Assembly (NCBI GenBank): GCA_020632015.1 | Contig: JACKGI010000002.1 | Span: 91,121-155,120 of the forward strand | Source of the DNA: Candidatus Nomurabacteria bacterium | GTDB taxonomy: Bacteria; Patescibacteriota; Minisyncoccia; Phycocordibacterales; UBA918 | Direction of reading: 5' to 3' | Length of the DNA stretch: 64,000 nt | Shown here: piece by piece, positions 46,385 through 55,599 of the stretch | Numbering within the stretch: the first letter of the stretch is position 1 | Layout of the letters: each line of letters starts with the position of its first letter | The notes under the pieces: generated by a model | Told to the model about the DNA's origin: nothing | The model's database searches: none | Seen by the model: only the letters and a program-made list of their open reading frames with translations | Translations under genes and position numbers: made by a program

Positions 46385-47305
46385 ATGCACTGGTTTTTTA
46401 TAGCGTTAATTGGCCCCTTCCTATATTCAGTTACGAACCATATAGATAAAATTCTGCTCGAAAAATACTTTAAAAGTAGTGGGGTAGGGACTCTTATCCT
46501 CATATCATCACTACTTTCAATTGTGGCCTTGCCCTTCATCTTCCTCATGGACCCAACAGTCCTTGATGTAGACCGGTTCAGCATTGGAATACTATCAATT
46601 ATTGGCGTACTTAACGTCCTAGTTTTATGGTGTTACCTCACAGCTCTTAAAGATGACGAAGCTTCCATAATAATTGTATTTTACCAGCTGATGCCAGTCA
46701 TGGCTTTAGTACTAGGCTATTTTATACTAGGAGAGGTTCTTTCAAGGTTTCAACTAATATCAATGGCTATTATTATTTTAGGAACCTCCTTAATTGCCTT
46801 TGAAGTAGATGATGATAATAAGTTTAAACTGCGAACAAAAACTATCTACTACATGACCGCAGCCTCTTTCTTCTGGGCACTAGAGGCTGTTTTGTTTAAG
46901 TTTGTCGCACTTGAAATAAATCTATGGAGGGCTGTCTTCTGGGAGAATCTTGCCTTAGTAGTAATCGGAATTTTAATTTTTTGGTTGGTGCCTACATATA
47001 GAAAAAGTTTCTTGCGTGCACTCAGGATTAACTCAAAACCTGTCCTTGGATGGAATTTTGTTAACGAAGTAATATACATGATTGGTAACATCGTTGTGTC
47101 TTTTGCCACACTTCTTGCTCCAGTATCACTAATTCTTCTTGGCGATTCATTCCAACCAATTTTCGTTTTTATAATCGGCGTAGCAATGACAATATTTTTC
47201 CCAAAACTTGTTGCAGAGAATATAGAAGCTAAACACTTATGGCAAAAATTAATTGCTATCCTAATTACCGGAATCGGAACGTACCTACTTATCGCTTCTT
47301 CTTAG
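46385..47305 (+). CDS. EamA/DMT-family transporter
   Basis: 10 TM in two 5-TM halves; start at ATG 46385 (MHWFFIALIGPFLYS); the track extension overlaps the upstream gene. Confidence 0.7.
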   Translation: MHWFFIALIGPFLYSVTNHIDKILLEKYFKSSGVGTLILISSLLSIVALPFIFLMDPTVLDVDRFSIGILSIIGVLNVLVLWCYLTALKDDEASIIIVFYQLMPVMALVLGYFILGEVLSRFQLISMAIIILGTSLIAFEVDDDNKFKLRTKTIYYMTAASFFWALEAVLFKFVALEINLWRAVFWENLALVVIGILIFWLVPTYRKSFLRALRINSKPVLGWNFVNEVIYMIGNIVVSFATLLAPVSLILLGDSFQPIFVFIIGVAMTIFFPKLVAENIEAKHLWQKLIAILITGIGTYLLIASS

Positions 47306-47356
47306 TGTGTACAGTCTCGTACATTCGTGGCGTTAACTTGATATACTAAGTTAACT

Positions 47357-47734
47357 ATGGCGTTCGCGATGAACAACAAACTAGCTGGTAAGATCTTACT
47401 TTTCCTGAATATTATTTTACTAATACTCGCTGTAGGGAGCTCCTATTACAGATTTGTGGTCTTAGAAGATTATGTCGTTGCTTATGAGGGTGATTGCGAT
47501 CCTGATTTTGAGAGTTGTTACTACGACTGTGAAGACGACGAGTGTAACGAGTACTATTATTTCAGTATCATTGAGCGACAAGTGAAAGAAATCAAAGCAC
47601 TTTGTGGAAAAGACGTAACTGAATGTGACGAGGCATATGAGTGTCAACCAGATGTAGAATTTTGCACCATATCTTTTTGTGACCCAATGGAGGACGGAGA
47701 AGAGGCATGTGCAAGTAATATCGATGGACTATGA
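47357..47734 (+). CDS. Membrane-anchored Cys-rich acidic protein (125 aa, 10 Cys)
   Basis: N-terminal TM, then CDPDFESCYYDCEDDECNEYYY ... CGKDVTECDEAYECQPDVEFCTISFCDP; stop overlaps the kinase start (ATGA). Confidence 0.5.
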   Translation: MAFAMNNKLAGKILLFLNIILLILAVGSSYYRFVVLEDYVVAYEGDCDPDFESCYYDCEDDECNEYYYFSIIERQVKEIKALCGKDVTECDEAYECQPDVEFCTISFCDPMEDGEEACASNIDGL

Positions 47735-49410
47735 TTTGCTACTACTACTACGACGCACCAACATATCTATTTTTTGCCCCAGACATACCTGAACTTCTTT
47801 ACTATTCTCATATACCAGCGACAATTCTTGCTTTGTTAGTCGGTATATTTGTTTTCGTAAATAACCCTAGAAACTTACTGAATAAGATTCTTCTTTCTAT
47901 AGCACTTAGTTTTTCTGCGATAACAGTCATTAATCTTGTCACTTGGACAAGCATTGAAAGCTCTGCCATTATTTTTAGCTGGTCTTTGTTTGGTCCGCTC
48001 CAAGGTATAATTTCAGTTTTAAGTATCTACTTTATATACGTATTCCTAAACAAGGAAGACGTATCTTTGAAAATTAAAACCGTATTTAGTCTGCTTTTAT
48101 TACCAACCTTTTTGTTTGCTGCCACGAACTTAAACTTAAGTGGATTTGACCTAGCGTGGTGTGATTCGTTTCAATACGAAGGAGATTTCTATAGTAATTA
48201 CTACAATGGTCTAGGATTCTTAGCAATTCTTTGGACATCTATTCTTTTGGCAAGAAAGTACAAAGGTGCAACTAGAGAACTGAAAAAGCAGATACTACTA
48301 ATGGGAGTAGGTATTGAGTCCTTCTTGTTACTTTTCTTTACTAATTTTGCCTTGGGTGACTATTTAGCGACTATCAAGTTTGTTGAAGACTCAAGACTTG
48401 AGCTTTATGGTTTCTTCGGCATGGGAATTTTCATGGTGATGATTGGAGTATTAATCGTTCGATTCAGAACTTTTAACGTTGGAATGATTGCTTCTCAAGC
48501 AATCTTGATTGCATTGTTAATTTTAACAATTTCACAATATACATTTGCCGAATCGATAACAAGTATTGTCCTAACTTCAATAACCCTTCTCTTTACTGCA
48601 ATAATTGGATTTATTTTATTGCGAAGTGTTAGAAAGGAGATAAAACAAAGAACAGAACTAGAACACCTCACTCAAAAGCTGGCTCATGCAAACGAAAAAC
48701 TCAAGGAGCTTGATAAACTAAAATCTGAATTCGTTTCAATCGCCTCACACCAACTACGAAGTCCACTAACTGCCATCAGAGGATATGCCTCACTATTAAC
48801 AGACGGCACGTACGGCAAGCTTCCTGCCAAAGCAACGGAAGCGCTGGAGAGAATTTCAGAGTCATCCAAAAATATGGCTTATTCAATTGAGGATTACCTA
48901 AACGTATCTCGTATTGAATCAGGTAACATGAAATACAATTACTCTGATTTCAACCTGAAGGATGAGGCTGAAAAAGTAACTGATGACCTCCGCTCTCAAG
49001 CAATCAAACAAGGTCTTGGTCTAATATTTAGAACTAATCTCAAGAGTAGAGGTGTGGTACATGCAGATATCGGAAAAACCGTTCAAATTATTCAGAACCT
49101 GATAAATAACTCAATAAAGTACACGCCGAAAGGAAGTATTAAGGTGCTCGTTAGAGATGACGTAGTCAAGAAACGAATCTTCATTGATATTGAAGACACT
49201 GGAATTGGAATGAATGAAAAAACACTAGCTAGCATATTTGGTAAATTCGAGCGCGCCAGCAACGCCAACTCTGTTAATACAGGAGGTACTGGACTAGGAC
49301 TATTCGTAGCAAAAATGATGGCTGAAGCTATGGGTGGCGGTATAACAGCTCATTCTGAGGGCGACGGCAAAGGGTCAAGGTTCACTATAGAACTTCCACT
49401 GGCGATGTAA
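47731..49410 (+). CDS. Sensor histidine kinase with polytopic N-terminal membrane domain
   Basis: About 7-8 TM; H-box FVSIASHQLRSPLT, N-box NLINNSIKYT, DTGIGM, GGTGLGL. Confidence 0.85.
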   Translation: MICYYYYDAPTYLFFAPDIPELLYYSHIPATILALLVGIFVFVNNPRNLLNKILLSIALSFSAITVINLVTWTSIESSAIIFSWSLFGPLQGIISVLSIYFIYVFLNKEDVSLKIKTVFSLLLLPTFLFAATNLNLSGFDLAWCDSFQYEGDFYSNYYNGLGFLAILWTSILLARKYKGATRELKKQILLMGVGIESFLLLFFTNFALGDYLATIKFVEDSRLELYGFFGMGIFMVMIGVLIVRFRTFNVGMIASQAILIALLILTISQYTFAESITSIVLTSITLLFTAIIGFILLRSVRKEIKQRTELEHLTQKLAHANEKLKELDKLKSEFVSIASHQLRSPLTAIRGYASLLTDGTYGKLPAKATEALERISESSKNMAYSIEDYLNVSRIESGNMKYNYSDFNLKDEAEKVTDDLRSQAIKQGLGLIFRTNLKSRGVVHADIGKTVQIIQNLINNSIKYTPKGSIKVLVRDDVVKKRIFIDIEDTGIGMNEKTLASIFGKFERASNANSVNTGGTGLGLFVAKMMAEAMGGGITAHSEGDGKGSRFTIELPLAM

Positions 49411-49414
49411 CTTA

Positions 49415-49443
49415 TTGGTGGAGAGGCAGTTATTTGTTAGTAT
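49415..49443 (+). promoter_or_regulatory. Putative trpS promoter
   Basis: TTGGTG, 17-nt spacer, TAGTAT; shares the 14-mer TTATTTGTTAGTAT with the infA promoter. Confidence 0.4.
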
Positions 49444-49452
49444 GTGTCTACT

Positions 49453-50403
49453 ATGACAAACACCAAGAAGCGCCTTTTAACTGGCCTACAATCATCAGGA
49501 ACACTTCATATCGGAAATTATTTTGGTGCACTCAAACCCTTTTTAGATATTTATCAAGATTATGACAGCTACTTAATGGTGGCTGATTATCACGCGCTAA
49601 CCAGCTTACGTGACCCAGCTCAATTGCGACAGAATATTTTCAATGTGGTTAAAGACTATCTAGCAGTCGGCGTAGATCCAGAAAAAGCAGTCATCTTTAG
49701 GCAGTCAGACAATCAGGACCACACTGAACTAGGTTGGGTATTGGATTGTATGGTGACAGTACCTTTCCTGATGCAAGCTCATTCATACAAGGCTAAAGTT
49801 GATAAGGGAATTGAACCAAACGCAGGTCTTTTCACATACCCAATGCTCCAAGCAGCCGATATCACTCTCTATGATATTGATGTGGTACCAGTAGGGGAAG
49901 ACCAGCGACAACACCTCGAATACACACGAGAAGCGGTAGGAAAGTTCAACCGCGCTTTTGGCGAAGTCTTGAAGGAGCCAAAAGAAATGATTCTAGACGG
50001 TGTTGGAATTGTACCCGGTGTCGATGGTCAAAAAATGAGTAAGAGTTACGGAAACACTATTCCACTGTTTGGTACCAAGGAAGAAATTGAAAAGGCAGTT
50101 ATGAGCATAGTGACTGACTCAGAAGGTGATAGACCTGAGAACGTATACGCTATTCACAAGTTACTTAAGTCAGAAGACGAATTAGCTCCACTATACGAAG
50201 AAAAGAAAGGTAGATACGGTGACCTGAAAAAAGCTCTGATTGAAGACCTAGAAAACTTCATCGCACCTATGCGTGAAAAACGTAACCAAATTACAGATGA
50301 TGATGTAAAAAGTGTTTTGGCTGAGGGTGTCGCTAAAGCAAAGCGTACATCTGGTCAAACTCTCAAGAAGGTTCGCGAAGCAATCGGAATAGACCTCGGT
50401 TGA
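49453..50403 (+). CDS. trpS: Tryptophan--tRNA ligase
   Basis: LTGLQSSGTLHIGNY, VPVGEDQRQH, KMSKS; ATG 49453 preferred over GTG 49444, which abuts the -10. Confidence 0.95.
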   Translation: MTNTKKRLLTGLQSSGTLHIGNYFGALKPFLDIYQDYDSYLMVADYHALTSLRDPAQLRQNIFNVVKDYLAVGVDPEKAVIFRQSDNQDHTELGWVLDCMVTVPFLMQAHSYKAKVDKGIEPNAGLFTYPMLQAADITLYDIDVVPVGEDQRQHLEYTREAVGKFNRAFGEVLKEPKEMILDGVGIVPGVDGQKMSKSYGNTIPLFGTKEEIEKAVMSIVTDSEGDRPENVYAIHKLLKSEDELAPLYEEKKGRYGDLKKALIEDLENFIAPMREKRNQITDDDVKSVLAEGVAKAKRTSGQTLKKVREAIGIDLG

Positions 50404-50460
50404 CAAACTACAGAAAGGACGTAGAATTTTCTTCATCTCAACCAAAAGGGAGATTTGAGA

Positions 50461-50799
50461 ATGTTCACTGCTGGAACTTATATACCACTTAAAGACTTGG
50501 AGACGATGATAACCCCTTCAAGTCTCAATGTTGCTGGACTCAAGAGTATTGCACTAAGTGAGGCGCACCGAGAGAAAAATGTCATCAACGTCCTTTGTCT
50601 ACTTGAGAACGGTGGTCCGAGCAAAGCTGAGATTCAAGAAATCGTCAGAAATCTGAAAACACTTCTGGACAGTTCCGGAAGAACACAAGGATTATTTGAG
50701 GTAACTGAAAGCTCGAATGAGTGTCTCGGTGCCGCTAGATTTCTTTACTCAGACTATACTATGCAAAAAACCTTCATCGCGAGAATCATAAGACTTTAG
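50461..50799 (+). CDS. Hypothetical protein (112 aa)
   Basis: AGGGAG RBS before ATG 50461; terminator follows. Confidence 0.45.
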   Translation: MFTAGTYIPLKDLETMITPSSLNVAGLKSIALSEAHREKNVINVLCLLENGGPSKAEIQEIVRNLKTLLDSSGRTQGLFEVTESSNECLGAARFLYSDYTMQKTFIARIIRL

Positions 50800-50810
50800 A
50801 TGAAGACTCA

Positions 50811-50835
50811 ATCGACCCTACGGGGTCGATTTTTA
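50811..50835 (+). terminator. Rho-independent terminator
   Basis: ATCGACCC-TACG-GGGTCGAT followed by TTTT. Confidence 0.65.
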
Positions 50836-50841
50836 TTGACT

Positions 50842-51030
50842 AAATCTCTTTCAGTGTTAATCTTTATTCAAGCCGAAGAAACAGATGACACTGTGGAGGT
50901 AACACAATCGAATAGTAACGAGGGCTCTTCGAGCTAAAGTAGGGTGGCACCGCGACTTATCAAATGATAGGAATCGCCCCTATAAATCTATTATTAATTT
51001 AATGAATTTATAGGGGCGATTTTCGTTCCT
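50842..51030 (+). promoter_or_regulatory. T-box leader (tRNA-sensing riboswitch) with antiterminator/terminator switch, upstream of aspS
   Basis: T-box sequence AGTAGGGTGGCACCGCGA (50938-50955); antiterminator TAGGG[TGGCACC]GCGA pairs with TCGC+CCCTA (50974-50982); competing 16-bp terminator 50972-50987/51006-51021 plus T-run. Confidence 0.8.
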
Positions 51031-51043
51031 ATATAAAATTTTT

Positions 51044-52402
51044 ATGGAACGAACATTAATTAAAGACCTACACGAGCACGTAGGGAAGGAAGTAACAATC
51101 AACGCGATTGTTAATGTTGTACGCCAACAGGGCAAGATGGCATTTTTTGATTTCCGAGACAGGACTGGAGTTATTCAGGGAGTTGTCTTCGGCAAGCCTG
51201 AAGTACTAGAGACAGCCAAACAAGTAGGGGAAGAATTCTCTTTATCAATAACTGGAATCGTTAACCAAAGACCAGAGAAGATGGTTAACGCAAATGTTCA
51301 AAATGGAGATATAGAGCTTGAGATTACAGGCCTAGAAATCCTAAACCCATCTGAACCAATGCCGTTTGATATGGAAGCAGACCTAAATATTGATACGCTT
51401 CTAGACACTCGACCACTTACATTAAGAAAGCCAAAAATAAAAGCGATATTTGCAATACAAGCAACTATCGTAAAAGCCTACGGTGAATACATGCGACAAG
51501 AAGGATTCACTGAATTCCAAGCGCCAAAAATTGTTGGTGGGGACGCTGAGGGTGGAGCTGAAGTATTCAAGGTAGATTACTTCAAGAACGTAAAAGCTTC
51601 TCTAGCAACCAGCCCACAGCTATATAAACAAATTATGGTTGGGGTTTTTGAAAGAGTATTCACCTTTGCTACAGCCTTTAGAGCCGAAAAGAGTGCCACC
51701 AGCCGCCACCTTAGTGAGTACACTTCACTCGATATGGAAATGGGATTCATTAAAGACCATTTGGACATCATGAAAGTAGAAACAGGTCTTATGCGTTACA
51801 TTGTGAAATGTCTAGCTGAAGATAATGCAAAAGAATTAGAAATTCTGGGTGTGGAGCTACCAAAGATTCCAGAAGGCGATATCTTCCCACACATGAAACT
51901 TAGAGAGGCACAGGAACTTATCAAAAAAGAAACTGGTCAAGATAAAACTAATGAACCAGACCTTGAGCCAGAGGACGAGCGTTGGTTGTGTGAATACGCA
52001 AAAGAAAACCTAGGAAGTGATTTTATCTTTATTACTCACTACCCGGTTAGCAAACGACCTTTTTACACAATGGAAGATAGTGAAGACAAAGGATTCACAA
52101 AAAGCTTTGACTTACTTTTCAGAGGAGTAGAAATCACGACTGGGGGACAGCGCGTGCACGACATTAACGTGATAAAAACAAAAATTAATGAAAAAGGTCT
52201 TGATCCAGATAAATTTGTTTTCTACATGCAAGCCTTTCAATACGGAATTCCGCCACACGGTGGCTGGGGAATGGGACTAGAAAGACTAACTGCAAAATTC
52301 TGTGGAGTCTCAAACGTAAAGGAAGCTACATTATTCCCACGAGACATAAACCGTATCGACACCTTTACTTCTAAAGAGCAAAGTGACTCTGCTGAAATAT
52401 AA
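51044..52402 (+). CDS. aspS: Aspartate--tRNA ligase, archaeal/eukaryal-type (type 2, 452 aa; possibly non-discriminating)
   Basis: N-terminal OB fold; FRAEKSATSRHLSEYTSLDMEM; TTGGQRVHD...FYMQAFQYGIPPHGGWGMGLERL; no bacterial GAD insertion. Confidence 0.9.
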   Translation: MERTLIKDLHEHVGKEVTINAIVNVVRQQGKMAFFDFRDRTGVIQGVVFGKPEVLETAKQVGEEFSLSITGIVNQRPEKMVNANVQNGDIELEITGLEILNPSEPMPFDMEADLNIDTLLDTRPLTLRKPKIKAIFAIQATIVKAYGEYMRQEGFTEFQAPKIVGGDAEGGAEVFKVDYFKNVKASLATSPQLYKQIMVGVFERVFTFATAFRAEKSATSRHLSEYTSLDMEMGFIKDHLDIMKVETGLMRYIVKCLAEDNAKELEILGVELPKIPEGDIFPHMKLREAQELIKKETGQDKTNEPDLEPEDERWLCEYAKENLGSDFIFITHYPVSKRPFYTMEDSEDKGFTKSFDLLFRGVEITTGGQRVHDINVIKTKINEKGLDPDKFVFYMQAFQYGIPPHGGWGMGLERLTAKFCGVSNVKEATLFPRDINRIDTFTSKEQSDSAEI

Positions 52403-52407
52403 TCTTT

Positions 52408-53835
52408 ATGACAAAAATATCACTCACAAATAAAGTCTTAACTGAACTACCAAGTAAGTACTGCCGGATTATCTTGACTGAAGACAAAGCAAACTGGCAT
52501 AGACTAGTTGAAACCAAAGATGGACAGCTTGAATATCGCATGGGCGCGGGCAAGAGAAAATCAGCTACAGCTCGTTCGTATCGAACACTTGTACGCTCAA
52601 TTGTAATGGCTGCTAAATCACACCAACTAGAAAACATCGCTCTCCATCTTGGACCAATGGGCTGTCCATCACTTGAAGAAAAGGGTAGTGAATGGTTTTT
52701 CCGGACACTCGCCGAAAATCTTGGGTTAGCTTCATATGAGTTCAATAAATATAAGACAAAGAAAAAGGGTGGTTACGAACTGAAGGAAATACTAGTTTGT
52801 GGAGTAAACACGCCAGCTGAAAAACGTAGTTTTTCAGCTGGCTTAACCATTGCAGAATCAGCCAATTACACCAGAGATATCGCCAACACTTCAGGTGACG
52901 ACATGACTCCAAGTCTTTTGGCAAAGTCGGCACAATCGGCTCTAAAGGGTACAAAAGCTCAGGTTAAGATATTGGACCAAAAAGCCATTAAAAAGCTTAA
53001 GATGGGTCTTTTAGAGGCTGTAGGGAAGGGTGCAACCGATGGCCCAAAGCTCATAGTAATTGAATACTGGGGAGCAGGAAAGCCTACAAAAAACGACAAG
53101 AAGAAAGCACCAGTTGCACTGATTGGTAAAGGAATCACCTACGACACAGGGGGGCTTAATGTTAAGCCATCTGGAGCCATGCACGAAATGCACATGGACA
53201 TGTCTGGTGGAGCCGCCATGATTGGAGCGATGCGAGCGATTGCAAAAATGGGATTAAAGAAGAATGTAGTAGCAGTCATACCAGCCGCTGAGAACTCTGT
53301 ATCCGCAGACAGCATGCGAGCTGGAGATATCGCTACATCGATGTCAGGAAAGACAGTCGAGATTCTACACACGGACGCCGAGGGACGACTAGTGCTGGCC
53401 GATGGGATGACTTACGCTGAAAAATTCTATAGTCCAAAAGTAATGTTGGACACGGCAACATTAACTGGAGCGTCACTAGTAGCACTCGGACAACATTCTT
53501 CAGCTGTCATGACCAAAGACAAAGCTCTGCAAGATAAATTAGTTGAACTAGGAGAGGATACTGGTGATTTGATGTGGCCTCTTCCACTCTGGGATGAATA
53601 CAAAGCATCACTAAAGAGTTATCGAGCCGATGTTTCAAACATTGCTACTAACTTTGCTAGATGGGGAGGATGTATTGAAGGTGGGACATTTCTTTCATTC
53701 TTTGCACCAAAGAAAATTCCTTGGGCACACATAGATATTGCACCACGCATGGACAGTATCCCAAGTGACAAACTAGCCAAAGGAGCGACAGGAGAACCGG
53801 TGAGGCTTTTAGTTAAATTCGTAGAGGAGTATTAA
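52408..53835 (+). CDS. pepA: Leucyl aminopeptidase (M17)
   Basis: GKGITYDTGGLNVKP, HMDMSGGA, HTDAEGRLVLAD. Confidence 0.9.
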   Translation: MTKISLTNKVLTELPSKYCRIILTEDKANWHRLVETKDGQLEYRMGAGKRKSATARSYRTLVRSIVMAAKSHQLENIALHLGPMGCPSLEEKGSEWFFRTLAENLGLASYEFNKYKTKKKGGYELKEILVCGVNTPAEKRSFSAGLTIAESANYTRDIANTSGDDMTPSLLAKSAQSALKGTKAQVKILDQKAIKKLKMGLLEAVGKGATDGPKLIVIEYWGAGKPTKNDKKKAPVALIGKGITYDTGGLNVKPSGAMHEMHMDMSGGAAMIGAMRAIAKMGLKKNVVAVIPAAENSVSADSMRAGDIATSMSGKTVEILHTDAEGRLVLADGMTYAEKFYSPKVMLDTATLTGASLVALGQHSSAVMTKDKALQDKLVELGEDTGDLMWPLPLWDEYKASLKSYRADVSNIATNFARWGGCIEGGTFLSFFAPKKIPWAHIDIAPRMDSIPSDKLAKGATGEPVRLLVKFVEEY

Positions 53836-53841
53836 TTAAGG

Positions 53842-53873
53842 AAGGCCGGAACATAAATGTTCCGGCCTTTTCT
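53842..53873. terminator. Terminator (bidirectional)
   Basis: AAGGCCGGAAC...GTTCCGGCCTT long stem followed by TTT. Confidence 0.65.
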
Positions 53874-53887
53874 CAGCTACCCATCAA

Positions 53888-54070
53888 CTAAACACATGAT
53901 AAATAGCAAATACATAAAAGATTCAAAAAAATATCTATATTGACGACAAGCCACCTAAATGACACTATGCCGACAATACACGAGACAAAATCCTCTATAA
54001 TTATTTTATCAATGACGTATGACAGGTAACATGCCCAAGCGGCAAATACAACCAACTGAAGATATAACAT
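53888..54070 (-). CDS. Micro membrane protein (60 aa)
   Basis: GGAGGG RBS 6 nt before the ATG; two hydrophobic segments. Confidence 0.35.
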   Translation of the reverse strand: MLYLQLVVFAAWACYLSYVIDKIIIEDFVSCIVGIVSFRWLVVNIDIFLNLLCICYLSCV

Positions 54071-54160
54071 GATTTACCCTCCACTAACTATTCTTTATAG
54101 AATATACACGATTTTCCGTCATTATGCTCATGCAACAACACACATGATAAAATACCAACC

Positions 54161-54802
54161 ATGAATATGAACTCCACCGAAACATTGAAAAAAATCCTTG
54201 AGTCAGAAGAATTTGTTCTGGCTGAGGTTAATAAAATGCGGGTTTTATATAATCTCAAGAAAGAAATTCGTTACGATCACAAGCGAGTACACGAATCACA
54301 CACTGAGTCTGTGGCAGAACATATTTATGCCATGCATTGCTTAATTGATTATTTCTTACCGCTAGAAAACCCAGAAGGAAATTGGAACGCCCACCGAATA
54401 CACCTGATGGCGCAATATCATGACATCGATGAAATTGAGACAGGCGACGTACTGGGTTACACAAAAACCGAAGCGCAACATGCAGAAGAACGAGCAGCAG
54501 CCGAAACTGTGATAGACCGTCTTCCCGACACTTTAAAAGGTATTATCAAGGATTCTCTTGATGAATATGAGAAACAGGAATCATTCGAGTCAAAGTTTGT
54601 AAAAGCAATTGATAAAGTGGAGCCATTATTCCACTTATGTAGCCTGGAAGGACAGTCTACGATGCTAAACAACAAGACAACTAGAGAACAGTCAGACAGC
54701 ATAAAATATCCATATGTTAATGGCTTTCAGTCAATTAAGCGTTTTACTGACGTACTAACTGATAAATTTGTTAAAGACAACTTTTTCTACACTGAGTCGT
54801 GA
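54161..54802 (+). CDS. HD-domain phosphohydrolase (YfbR-like 5'-deoxynucleotidase family)
   Basis: ESVAEHIYAMHCL, QYHDIDEIETGD, KAIDKVEPL. Confidence 0.7.
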   Translation: MNMNSTETLKKILESEEFVLAEVNKMRVLYNLKKEIRYDHKRVHESHTESVAEHIYAMHCLIDYFLPLENPEGNWNAHRIHLMAQYHDIDEIETGDVLGYTKTEAQHAEERAAAETVIDRLPDTLKGIIKDSLDEYEKQESFESKFVKAIDKVEPLFHLCSLEGQSTMLNNKTTREQSDSIKYPYVNGFQSIKRFTDVLTDKFVKDNFFYTES

Positions 54803-54815
54803 TAAAATTATCTTT

Positions 54816-55547
54816 GTGAATCCAACTGCCTTCGCTATCAAAACCGAAACCTTTGAAGGTCCAATGGAACTTCTGATAGAGCTCGTTGAAAAACGTAAGC
54901 TTCTAATCAATGATATTTCTTTGGCTGAAGTAACCGATGAATACATGCAAATGGTTAGTGCCATGCAAGAAATGTCACTCCCAAATACCGCACAATTCGT
55001 ATCTCTGGCAGCTACTTTACTTTTGATAAAATCTAAGTCTCTTTTACCGGTACTAGATCTGACAACAGAAGAAGAAGCAAGTATTGAAGATTTAGAGGAC
55101 AGATTAAAGAAATATCAACTTTATCGTGATATTGCACTTGGTCTACAGATTAAATTTGGCCAGCAAGTTATGTATGAGCCAGAGTATGCGCCACCGCGTG
55201 AGCCTATTTTTGTTACTGATAAATTATGTGCCGTCAGTGAACTACGAACAGCCATGGAGAGAGTTCTAACCAGTTTGCCGAAGTTTGAAACGAAGCCGAC
55301 TGCGAAGGTACGTCCGACAATTTCACTAGAAGATATGATGGTCAAACTAAGGAATCGAATAGAAACTCAGATGAAAACTAGGTTTTCAGAGCTTCAGGCG
55401 CACGAAAAGGACAGGAAGAATATAATAGTCGGTTTTCTTGCTATTTTGGAACTTTTCAAACAAGGCGACTTGATAATCACTCAAACTGGTTTTTACGAAG
55501 ACATACACCTAGAATTAGAGCGGACAAACACTCCAAAATACTATTAA
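54816..55547 (+). CDS. scpA: Segregation and condensation protein A (start GTG 54816; alternative TTG 54768)
   Basis: FEGPMELLIELVEKRKLLINDISLAEVTDEY; kleisin-like. Confidence 0.85.
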   Translation: MNPTAFAIKTETFEGPMELLIELVEKRKLLINDISLAEVTDEYMQMVSAMQEMSLPNTAQFVSLAATLLLIKSKSLLPVLDLTTEEEASIEDLEDRLKKYQLYRDIALGLQIKFGQQVMYEPEYAPPREPIFVTDKLCAVSELRTAMERVLTSLPKFETKPTAKVRPTISLEDMMVKLRNRIETQMKTRFSELQAHEKDRKNIIVGFLAILELFKQGDLIITQTGFYEDIHLELERTNTPKYY

Positions 55548-55599
55548 CAGGTGCAGAACTAACCTGAAAAAATAAAGGTATTTATGATAGAATGACAGT

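Noticed and set aside
50923-50925. GGC (Gly) as the T-box specifier, suggested by similarity of ...GGGCTCTTCGAGC to glyQS Stem I bases (..GGCACUUCGAGC)
   Set aside because: The codon is followed by a pyrimidine that would be base-paired. The antiterminator bulge is UGGC (discriminator G), whereas Gly T-boxes need UGGA for U73. The regulated gene is a class IIb AspRS, not GlyRS.
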